Assembly: GCF_041956535.1 (NCBI RefSeq)
Contig: NW_027192205.1
Location: forward strand, 372,085 to 436,084
Direction of reading: 5' to 3'
DNA from: Calcarisporiella thermophila CBS 279.70
Taxonomy: Eukaryota; Fungi; Calcarisporiellomycota
DNA: 64,000 nucleotides
The number at the start of each line of letters is the position of its first letter. Position 1 is the first letter of the stretch. The notes below the pieces were generated by a model. The model worked only from the letters and a program-made list of their open reading frames with translations. It was not told the origin of the DNA and ran no database searches. Below are positions 13,315-24,772 of this stretch, piece by piece. The position numbers were made by a program, and so were the translations under genes.

Positions 13315-14927
13315 TCATAGTCGTTGGATTATTAGTGCACTTGCAGCTCCTCCTCCATTACAGATTGCAGCAAGTCCAAATTGACCCTCTTTTAGTAGAT
13401 GTGTCAAAGTAACCACGATTCTAGAGCCCGAAGACCCAATCGGATGTCCGAGAGCTACCGCACCTCCAGCAATGTTGACTTTTGTAGGGTCCATTCCGAG
13501 TATTTGTTCGTTTACACGTGCCACAACACTGAAGGCCTCGTTGAATTCGAAAAGAGAAATGTCGTTAATTTCTAGTCCCGCACGCTTAAGTGCGATGGGT
13601 GCTGCAAGAGATGGAGCAATGGGAAAATCAACAGGCGCGCAGGCAGCATCTGCATACGAAACAATTCGGGCGAGAGGCTTGATGCCAAGTTCTTCAGCCT
13701 TGGCACGTGTCATAAGAACAACAGCGCTGGCACCATCGTTGAGTGTACTCGCATTCGCCGCAGTAACAGTTCCTATGCAATGTAGTATCCAATTTTAGAG
13801 TGGAGTTTTGTTGAGCACTCATAATTTTACTTACCACCCTGCGATTGGAATACGGGTTTTAATTGGGGTATTTTTTCATATTTCACCGTCTTGTATTCTT
13901 CATCCTCTGAAACAATAATTTCTTTCTTTTTGTCTTTGATTGTTATATTAATCACCTCGTTCTTGAAAACGCCAGTCTAAAAGTATAACGAAAAATAAAA
14001 CTTAAGATACACAAAAAAAGAATACTGCTACTATTTACAGACCTCCCACGCCTTGGCCGCTCGTTTGTAAGATTCAATTGCGTGTTCATCCTGAGCCTCG
14101 CGAGAGATGTGATATTTGGAGGCAGTGTTCTCTGCACAATTACCCTAATGGGAAAAAGCCCATGAAAAAAACGAATTTCATCTAAATATAAACGAAATAA
14201 ATCATACCATGCTATAGAAATATTATAATATTATAGTATGGCATCAATAGATTAATATAATATCAACACAAATAGTATTTCTAATGGGACTCACTGAAAT
14301 TGATTATAAACATCCCATAGCCCATCTTTAATGATTGAATCCTCCAATTTCTGATGGCCATATTGAATTCCACGTTTCACGTAGAATGGAGCATTTGACA
14401 TACTCTCCATACCACCAGCCAACATGACAGAGCGAATTCCGAGTTGAAGATTTTGAGTAGCAAGTATAATAGATTTCATACCCGAAGCGCAGACTTTATT
14501 AATCGTAGTAGCTTCAGTAGATTCAGGGCAGCCTGAGAATATAAAATTAGTGAAAATTCGTAAAAGAAAAATAATAAGTTTCACACCTGCACCAAGCACT
14601 ACTTGTCGAGCAGGAGATTGTCCCAAATTGGCTTGAATAACATTGCCCATATAAGCCTCTTCTATCTGCTCTGGTTTGAGGCCTAGTGGTATATTCTAAA
14701 TAAATAGTATTCACATTACAGTTATTCAAGAATTCATACATACCCGCTCTTTCAATGGCACCACGTGCAGCAATCGCACCCAGTTGAGTTGCGCTAAGAC
14801 TTTTAAGCGAGCCATTGAATGCTCCCACAGGCGTACGTGCTGCAGACACAATAACCACTTCATTGCTACTCAGAGTAGCATAAGCGCGTTTGAAAACACC
14901 ACTGGCCTTGTTTAATCTAACGAACAT
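13315..14927 (-). CDS. ERG10: Acetyl-CoA C-acetyltransferase (thiolase II) with a probable mitochondrial presequence; includes a 4-nt microexon
   Basis: [11 protein letters not shown], catalytic [21 protein letters not shown] and CNGGG motifs. Presequence-like [18 protein letters not shown]. Confidence 0.95.
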
Positions 14928-15879
14928 TGTTTGATCAAGTAGAACAACAGAGCGTGAATATTGTCGCAACATGCTTTAAGTGTGGGAAAATCCGGGAAAA
15001 TGCGGAGTCTATGTTTTAAATCAAAATTAGCAGACTATTTTGTGAAAATTTGACTACTATTACTAACAGCAATTACGCTTATAACCATGAAAATATTTAA
15101 ATATAAGAAAAAGGGATATGATATAATTTTCTAGGAATTTACCGCTAATATCCTAGATAGTACGATATGAATTTTTGCTATCCAAGCTTGCTGGAAAAGT
15201 AAGTATATTCCTTATTGTATACTATTCGCAAAGGCTATCCGGATCCTAGTGTATATTCAAGTAAACTCAACACATTCAAATAGCTGCATGAAGGTACTTC
15301 GCGTTCTATTGCTTAGCGCTACAATGGGACTCGCAAACTGGATTTATTTACAACTTCATCGAAAAAAAAAGACTAAGGAGGCTGCACCAAAAATAATTTA
15401 TTGTTGCAAAATCATTCAGTTTCTCGATATTACAAGAAATAAATACACGAGGCAGGTTGAATGCCTGCAATGGCTTCAGAGTATGTTTGATTTCGCCCAA
15501 ATCGATAGCGAGTTTCTCGCTCCTATCTGTTTTCCTAAGGTGATTTTTTAACCTTGCTCGAGTCCGATAGTGGCCAAAGCCCCACAGTGGATTTATTCAT
15601 ATCTTACTGGTTATAAATCAAGCACATAAGCCACGAACGAATATTGACGATTTTTAATTAAGCTCAATGAAGAGTGTATAACTAAGATCGATCCCAAATA
15701 TTTTCGGGTAATTTGAATTTTTAATAACAATAAATAAAAAAAACATGTAAAATAAAAAATAGCAAACCTGTTCTCGCTATAAAACCAACAATTTTATTCC
15801 TCTCTCTCCCTTTCTTCCTTTCTTCGTTTATATTTCCATTTGAATTAAGTGATATTCTAATCATAAAAATAATTACGGA

Positions 15880-17791
15880 ATGGCAACACTTGAGAAATCT
15901 AGGAAGTTGTCAACTGCACCATCACAGGTTCAGTATCAGAAGAAAGATTATGCTTAGGGCATGTGCCTCAACTAATCTGATAATTAATTAAACATATAGG
16001 AGTCAGCGCTAATGATTGAACTAGATGGAGAATTATTTGGATTTGACGATACAGCCAGCAAAATGGAATCTGCGCTTGATAATCTCCTGAACGAATCTTT
16101 TGACGAGGTGGACTATTCGCTTTCTCATGAAAAGGCCAATCCAGGAGAGAATAGTGTCGTAGATGTCATTTCTGAACAAGTCTTTTCAACAGATTGGGCG
16201 CACCTTGCTGAGCAACAATACCACCAGGAGGTGAACTCAAAATATACTTCTCCAGTAAATAGTTATGCTTTGAGAGTATTAGAAGCCTATATTTTTTTTT
16301 AAAATATGTTAATTTTTTCAATCCTAGGAGATGCTTGAAACTTTACACTCGTTGAAGCATATTTGTTTGATTGCACTTGATAGCCTACTACGCCAAATAG
16401 TTGCTAGCGAACATCGGCGGGAGAGCTCTACTCCCATTAACAACTACGGTCCTAACCCTAGGAGAACACGTTCGAGAAGTTATGGATCTGGGCGTGAATT
16501 ACTTGCGTCCATTGAGCGGAATGCGCGCCGTCTTTCCACGCCTGATTTGCTTAATGTTGAAATGAGTGAGTCTTCTTCCTCCGCCATCCATGAAGCTTTT
16601 ATTCAAATTCATGAGCGACTCGGTGGGTCGAACCGTCGACTCTTGGCAGGTGATGATTATGACCTTGCTTGCTCTCTTGCTGCTCTGCTCAGTTACATAT
16701 ATCAATTCCTTGAATTGAGTAAGAGTGCCGATGACTCTATTCTGCAGGCACCTTGTACAGACGATGCAGTGTTTGCTGCAATCCAACACGAAGTGTCAAC
16801 ACTTCGTGATCAGAGTTCACAAATTGGGCAGTTGGGTGAAGAACTTCATAGTGTATGGACCGAAATTCAAAAGTTGATGGAAATTGTATCACGTATGTGT
16901 CAGGAGCGTGATCGTCCACCCTCTTATTCCTCAGGTGATGGTGAACTAGCACACCCATCTCTTAAACGCGGTGATGTTAAGCCTCCTTCTTACACTCATG
17001 ACTATGAAAAATGCCAGCGAGATTTGGAATGCGTGCTTTCGGCAATTGAGAGAGTACAACTTGTTGTTCCACCTATGGATGATCAGCGTGTGGAGCTAAC
17101 TGACCGCCAAGTGAAAGAAATATCGGTTGCAGCAATAGCGAAATTGATAGATCGTTTATCCCGCGGACGTTTAGAAGAGCAGCGCGCAATCGCTCCGCCT
17201 TCAAAGTTAGAGACTCTAAATAAGCTGATTGAGCTAATTCGTCAAGTGGCGGGTGGAATGGATGACCAACGCGTTGTAATGTCAGCTAAACTGGAAAGGC
17301 GTATGGAAGAAGCGAAGCTTCACGCTGTTCTTGACCGGTTTGATCGGGGCCGTATGGCGAATCAGGTAATAACTATTCAGTAATTGCTGTAAAGCCATTA
17401 ATCAACCTCGCTCTATAATATTTTTCAGGATTTTGAGCCCCGTGAACAGATCCTTCTTACCGATATGCAACACCTAATAGCTCAGCTTATACGCACTGAT
17501 CACAAGGCACTGAAATTTGAGCAACAGCGTTATGAGCCATCAGCCGGTAAAGAGCGGGACATGTTTGTTGCTCAAATAATGGGCCGAGTTGGAAGGATGA
17601 ATTCGTGGCGTATGCATAACCAGGATGCGGAACCTCCTAAACCATTGCATGTGCGCGAAGCAGCGAGAATTCGGGACTTAGAGGATATGTTTGCTCAGCT
17701 TGAGCGATCAAGCAGGCGAACTTCGCTTGATGGTCAGCGAGCAGCGTTGAGACCTAAGGCCGCTAAGTCGAATTTCGACGATAGGTTCTAA
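15880..17791 (+). CDS. Uncharacterised alpha-helical fungal protein with repeated MxDQR-like motifs; 4 exons
   Basis: ORFs 16012, 16331 and 17465 join through GT-AG introns. Repeated MDDQRV / LEEQRA / MANQD / MHNQDA / LDGQRA motifs and two PPSY motifs. Confidence 0.7.
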
Positions 17792-18062
17792 TTTTTTTTT
17801 CACTAATTAGAAAATCTAATGTTAAAATTCTTTTTTTTTTCTACTCTTTCATCACATTATCTATGTACTATAAAATATTATATAATTAACAAACAATTTC
17901 GTTTTAGGACTTGCCATTTGTAAGCGCATTAGATTAGCTTTATAAATTTTTAATTTTTGATATGATTATCAAATTCAGTTGCCCGCAACTAAGTGACTTG
18001 CATCTAACAAAATACATGTAAATGCGAAGGTTGATCTTTTTGGTAACAAAACGAGAATTATA

Positions 18063-19088
18063 ATGATAGACTGGTCACTTGTTAATTTACTTTTGCCATT
18101 TGCACTACCATGGCTTATAAGCAAAGGTATCCAATACTTCCGTGGGCGTCCAAAGTCGGCACAGCGCCGAAGAGAGCTTACGCGTGCCGATCGGTGTGTT
18201 TCTCTAATGCTCATTCTTGCAGCTCTTTACGAATTAACGTGCGCGTTCATTTGGATGCCACATAACATCTTTTTGGAACACGGGTTGCCACTCAATATTC
18301 ACTATGATGTGCTTCTTAAGCGTGCTCCTGAATATGCTTCGATATTGGAACGGCTGCGTTCGATGGAGAGCCGTATCAACTATGCACAATTTGGGCACGA
18401 CGCCATTGTAAATTGCAATTTTTGCCAATCTACCACGGATTATATGCTTTACATCCTTCCTCTGATTGGATTTGTATATGTCGGAAGTGCAATTATTCTG
18501 GGGTTAGCAACTATAACACCACGCAAATCTGGTTGGCGCATCTATGGAGTAATTGCATTGGCTTGTGCCGTCTTCATTGAAATATATACATTCAGTAATG
18601 TGGATCAACGAACAATACGAAATGGAGGCGGTCAATTTTTGTACTCAATGATGCACAGATATCGTCACTTGGCTCTTGCTGCATTATTCGGATGGCTGTG
18701 GGTTTTTGATTCTTCGAATGAACTAACAGATGTTGAACTTGCACTTCGAATCTCTGATATACAAGAGCAAGTTTTAAGTCGATTACAGACTTTATCTCTT
18801 CATCGAAGTGCCGTACTTCATGATACGAATCTCCGCAAACAGTATACTGAATTTTATAGGCGGAAGGAGGTATTGCTATGTTTAATGGGGTGATATAGCC
18901 GTATGATAATCTGTCATTTTCATTAGGTTGAAGCCTCCGTAATTTCCAATGATCCAGAATATCAGGAGGCGAGAGGACGGGCACTAAGTAAGGTGGACGT
19001 TGAAGAGCTTATGGAGCAAGCTGAAACTTGGTTGAACGATCAAGAGGCGAAAACACAGTTGCCGATGCAATCAACATCTGGATCATAA
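18063..19088 (+). CDS. Conserved fungal multi-pass membrane protein with CxxC motif; 2 exons
   Basis: Several TM segments, SRINYAQFGHDAIVNCNFC motif, and a C-terminal LHRSAVLHD..LR...EFY helix. Confidence 0.75.
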
Positions 19089-19565
19089 TAAAAAAAATTT
19101 ATAGTGTTATTTAAATGCAACACTAGCTATTTCATAGCAACCTATTCAATGGAATCTTCTCCTTAAATCCCATTCTTTTACCCCACCACTATCACGCTCT
19201 TGTTACCCAGTAAACAATCTATATTTCAAGTTAAAAACTACATATTATTGCGAACATTGATTTAAAGATTACGCTTTAGAGCTACTGAAAGTGATTGCTT
19301 ATTATATTTTTGGTATAATTTCGACCTATCTAAATATATATTCAATTTATATGATATCCACTGCCAATTGATTGAGTATGCAGTATACATCCGTCGAAAT
19401 ATATGCTTCCTATTTATAGTAAATTATATATAAATAGACTCAACTATGGTGAACTATTAGGCATTTCAGGATATCTTCTTTTCTCAAGACTCTCATAATT
19501 TCTGAAAAAATTTGTATTCTTGGTGAGCTGCAATAAAGAGACCATAATTTATGTTTTAATAATTT

Positions 19566-19596
19566 ACGCGTTCAAAATGACGTCATCTATTCGCGT
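19566..19596. promoter_or_regulatory. MCB (ACGCGT, TCGCGT) plus CRE (TGACGTCA) cluster upstream of MIF2
   Basis: ACGCGT at 19566-19571, TGACGTCA at 19578-19585 and TCGCGT at 19591-19596, in very AT-rich DNA about 170-200 bp upstream of a kinetochore gene. Confidence 0.55.
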
Positions 19597-19766
19597 TCCT
19601 AAAAAAATTTCAATTGTATTTTAAAATCACTTAGTGTGATAATTACATCTCATTAATTAGCTACAAAGAAGGATTTGATAAATTATTTTAACTGGTCTAT
19701 ATTTCATTTTTTTTGGTTCAATTTTATATTAGAATTGATTGTTTTCAGGCTTAGTATTTGTGATAA

Positions 19767-22030
19767 ATGTGGAGGGAAAGAACGAAAACACAGGGGAATC
19801 GATTTGCTGATGTCGGGGTAAGGGGAAGGTGAGATAGCTTTCATCCATCTTTTTATTTTCTTTTTAACCAATACATCATTTAATTCACGACTAGAAAAAC
19901 TGGCATTATTATTGACCGTAGCGTAAGAAGAGATGCAGATGGTCTAGATAATATTAGCGATTTTTTCGGGAATGACACGGTGACTGAAGACTATTCATTA
20001 CTACCGGCACAAGAGGAGAATACAGATATTCATGGTATATATTCATTAAATATCCCTTTCTAGAAAGTTACTTACAAATGATTCGACATTTTAAATTATA
20101 GAGGCCAATACCACCATTTTGCCAAATTTGAATCGCGATTTATCAATTCCTAAAGCAATTTTTATAAACCAACCTAATGCATCTAAAGGTTAATTATATT
20201 AAATACAATTCGTTATCACCAATTTTGTTTATATCTAATTTTCTTTTATATTTTTTCAAAATCATTGGCAGTGACAGCAACAAATTTCTCACCGGTATCT
20301 CACACCCCAACTAGCTCTCTCCTTGCTAACGAATTGTCAGGCGAATTTGATGACTCTCCTTCTTCTAAATTCAGTCCGGTGGGAAGAAAACTTGACTTCT
20401 CTGAAATCCCTGTGCGCGATAGCAGTAGTAGCAGCAGCAATAGCAGCCCCATTAATAAAGAAGAAGCAGAGCGAAAGTCCCCTATTAACTCGGTCTTACA
20501 CAATGTATCATCGCCTGGCCAGCCATCATTATCCTCGCTTGCTGTCCCCACTCCTTCACCTCCACGAATTCAACATTCCCCATTGCAGTCTGAGCAATCT
20601 CCTCTAGAAATATCTCCACCACTAAAGCTCTTTTCACTCCCAAAATCACAATCTCAATCACCCAGGTTGCAGATAGCAACAAAGCCACAGTATTCTCCCA
20701 CATTTCGTCTCTCTCAATCTCCTCCAGAGTTCACAATCCATCAGAACTCTCCTCCACAGCTAAACCGCCGACTCTTGCCGCTCCATCGTCAACCATCTCC
20801 TCCCACACTTCCTCCTATCTCTGGGGCAAATCAAGATCAGGATACCTCTTACGTTCACGTAGTGGTCCCGAAAGTTGAGCCAGAACGACATCAGAAGAAG
20901 AAAGAGCGCCCTATGAAGCGTCGAAAACGAACGGGGCTTACATTTTTAAAGCATGCATCGGCGCGACCCCGACTACCTCTGCTTAAAGGAAATTTTGGGC
21001 TCTATTCTAGCGAGGAAGAAGTCGAGAATCACGATACCATTGGAAATGCACTCTTAGAGCAACCAAAAAACAAGTTTGGGTTTGATTTAACGGGAAAAGA
21101 AAATCAGAAGACAGATGTCAGTGGAGGTTCACGTGGTATATCAATAGAGGAAAGATTATCATTTAGCTCAGGTGAAGATGAAGATATTGAAGGGCAATTC
21201 AATAGAAGAGTGCCGAAAGGGAAAGGCCGAGAATACAGGCAGAGTGAACTCATTCATGATTACGAGTTTAGTAATAATAATAGTGATGGACAAGCTGGAG
21301 GGAGTAGGAGTTGGAATAGTGCAACCGGTTCAAATCGAAGACGGAGAGAGACAGAAGGAGATTTCGCAGAATTTACCTTGATAAGAAACACTCGGCGCAG
21401 ACCACCTCTGTATCCAGAAGAGCAGGAAATGGACGAAGTTGTGGAATCTATCCCTGACATGCCTATCTATGACTTTAATTCGAATGAGGAGCAGTTTAAA
21501 CGTAATTTCATTTAAATTTCACGCTATTATAACTCAAACCTAACCAGTTTACTTTTCTTTTAGGAATTGCCTTTACTCCATTTCAATTTAACCCTAAACA
21601 GTTTAGGAATTTTTCGTTCCAAAAAGTGTTTTCTGAGGGAGAGTTCTTTTCTTCTGGAATTGTTGTCTTGCCAGTGGGTGCAGAAAAGCCAAATAAGAAT
21701 TCAAGAGAGAGCTCAATGGTAGATATATTTATATAGCCTTAGCATGTCTTTCCCTTATAACTTTAGTCGAATAGGTGTTTTATGTGATTAGTGGGAGAAT
21801 CAAAGCTACTGTGCATAGAACAACCTTCGAATTGTCAGCAGGTGGACAGTTCATGGTGCCACGTGGTAATAAGGCAACTTTTGGCTGTACATACTCGAGC
21901 TTCTTTTCTAATGATTTAATGTTTAGGCAATCAATATTGCATAGTAAATATTGCAAGAAAAGAATCAAAATTATTGTTTGCCCAAGCTAGAGAAATTGTG
22001 ATAACTCCGCACGATTATGATTCTCAGTGA
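19767..22030 (+). CDS. MIF2: Inner kinetochore protein CENP-C/Mif2; 7 exons
   Basis: Mif2_N-like RFADVGVRGRKTGI...RDADGLDNISDFF. C-terminal cupin FQKVFSEGEFFSSGIVVLPVGAEKPNKNS..SSMVFYVISGRIKATVH......GGQFMVPRGNQYCIVN. Confidence 0.9.
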
Positions 22031-22633
22031 AGGTTTTTTTTCCTACTCTTGCCTTTGTTCCGTTCTTCTTTTTCATGTATGACTAGTGATTTATTTGATT
22101 TATATAAGTTTTATTTTTTTGTATAATATATATACTCTTCGTGCTTTATAGCTCACTTTAACTTTTGAATACATTTTCTCTCCACATTATGGGTTTGTAA
22201 ACAAATTTGAAATATGGAACTTAAAAAGCCATAAAAAACGCTATACGACATATTTCTTGAACACAATATAAACCACAATATTTAAATACCATAGTTAGAA
22301 TGGGTTTTTTATTTTCAAAATTTGTGGAAAGATTGCCACTGCATAATATTATGGTACTTGTATCTTCAAATTTTTATTCTTTATTTATAGGTCTTTTTTT
22401 CTTTATCTATTTCACCTACCTCGTATATAATTTTAACCAAGGAAGCTCGAGAGAATTTTGCGGCTTGGTTAATTCGAGTTATTTTAAAATTTTGGCTACG
22501 TTTATTAGTTAATGTTCGATATCAAGGTGGGCTAGCAGAATGTAATATAAAAGTATAGAGCTAAATTTCAACTAATCTTATATTTCCACCCCTTTTCTAT
22601 ACTAATAGAATATAAATGGTCTGAAGGGTTATC

Positions 22634-23877
22634 ATGCCACCGAAACGCAAGCGATCGGGATCAATTAGCGCAGCGGCAAAGTTTAACGAAGCCATTAAGG
22701 TATCAGGAAAAAAAGTGGCAACAGCATCAATAAAGTCGACTACGCAAGTGATTTGAGAAATTTTTTGATGTAATAAAGGCGATTTCGTTAATTATATATA
22801 TTTAATATAATAAATAGCGGTTCGCGGGGGAAAAAACAGCAACAACAAGTTGTCCTATTTATTCTGTGTCTTGTTAAGTAGATTAACCTATCTCTTCACG
22901 TATTTTTTTTTTTAAATCAAAGAATGCGGACTTCTCTGATCGAGCGTGCATAGACTCTTTTGATCGTTACAAAGGTATAATGCTTATTATGTTGAATTTT
23001 GATGATTATTTTCTCAGTATTTTATACTACCCTTAGATTCTGAAGACCCCGATATTATTGGACCAGAAGGAATTGAACGATTAGTGTCAGATCTTGGACT
23101 CTCACTTGACTCAGTGAGTTTTCAGATGATATTTTGTTCTGAATATAGATATTTAGTCTAGTTAATCCTATTCAATATAGCCGATCGTATTAGTCTTTGC
23201 TTGGAAATTAAACGCGGCAACTATGGGTATGCCAAGTCTTTTATATAAGGGTTAGTAGGATGACGAGGCATTGAATACGATATTTCTAGGTCAATTCACG
23301 AAAATGGAATGGCTGAACGGAATGCGTGGACTCAAAGTCGATTCTGTAGAGAAACTTAAAGCTAAACTATCAGAATTGGAGCGTCTACTAGTTGATCAGG
23401 TACAATTCAAAGAATTTTACAAGTTTATCTTTGGATTTGCGAGGGATCGAGGTCAGAAGAGCATGTCTGTCGAAGTTTGTATTCAATATGATATTTTTTT
23501 TTTTACTTCTTGATATTCAATCTAATATGATTTTTGTATTGGGGAATATTTTAGACTGCAGTTACAATGTGGAGTTCGCTCTTAGAAGGGAATAAATATC
23601 CACATGTTAAGCACTTCTCGCAATTCCTTGAGGTAAGTAGTGTTGAGCTCCAAATGGCAACACTTTCTCATTTAATATATCTTAGGAGAAAAAACCTTTA
23701 AAAGTTGTGAATAAAGATCAGTGGGTAAGCTTTTACGATTTCGTTACATCCGTTGGTACTGATCTTAGTGAGTGGGATGAAATGGGTGCATGGCCGGTAT
23801 TATTTGATAACTACGTCGAATGGTGGCAAGACCAAGTAAAAAAAGATATACCGACAGTAAATGGAAAGGCAGTTTAG
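22634..23877 (+). CDS. DCN1-like cullin neddylation E3 (PONY domain; basic N-terminus, no UBA, so DCUN1D4/5-type)
   Basis: IGPEGIERLVSDLG, VFAWKLNAATMGQFTKMEW, FYKFIFGFAR..GQKSM, VVNKDQW, and GAWPVLFDNYVEW. Confidence 0.9.
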
Positions 23878-24620
23878 ATTTGCTACATTAATTTCCATCC
23901 ATTTCCTTCCTTTTATTGTAAATTGCACATTTTCCCTTTGATTTTCCTTTTGGTAAATGTGTTTTCTTTTTTTGACAATAATGTGTTGTTATATTACTCC
24001 TTTTAACACAAGATGCAAATTCACAGATGATTTCGTAATATAGATATCATTTTGACTGATATTATTGGCACAACCTTGCACAGTTGGTCGTACGGCTCCT
24101 AATATATCAGCGCGTGAATATCCAAGTTATGAGCTGAGGAAATGGTAAATCTTAGCATACATGACTTAAATGCGTACGATGAATTTCCCTTTTGGAAATT
24201 TGTAAGACAGCTTTGCAGTAGAGTCGGATCCCACCGAAGTTTATGTGATATAAGCTGTTTTCTGAAAGAAGGATTATCATCTGAAACTTGCTACGCCTTA
24301 TCAAAACTCACACTTTTAAGAAAAGTAAAAAGTATATTTGCATAGGAAGGGGAAGCAAGGAGAGGTAATTCGAGTTTACATGCGATTAAACTCGAAATAT
24401 TCTCGACTTATGGGGTCTTCTCACGCCTGTTCACGAGACGCTACACAAATATTTAGTAATCTCCATCCAATTCTTGCCGCCGATACCAAAAATACTCGAT
24501 ACGCGAGGATTACTTCACCTCGGGCATTTTTTAATTTCTTCTTAGGCGTATGAGCTTATCTCCTTTTGTCTCTCTATTTCTCCTTGACAGTATACTCCTA
24601 CGACTTGTCTAATTAATATC

Positions 24621-24626
24621 CACGTG
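24621..24626. promoter_or_regulatory. Pho4-type E-box CACGTG upstream of the VTC4-like gene
   Basis: Exact CACGTG about 150 bp upstream of the ATG. VTC genes are established PHO-regulon members in yeasts. Confidence 0.45.
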
Positions 24627-24772
24627 TGCAATTATTCACACTCTGACATAAGTCGAGCTCATTCCCCTTCTTAGCATATCATTATCGTGAGCTCTACCTA
24701 TAGAGCTCTTTCCACAAACGATTCTAAGCATTTGGTGCTCTTCAGAACAACACTTGTCCCTTTCAATCAGAA

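Noticed and set aside
24689-24708. 8-bp hairpin GAGCTCTA-CCTA-TAGAGCTC upstream of VTC4
   Set aside because: Stems this short occur by chance, and there is no supporting evidence.
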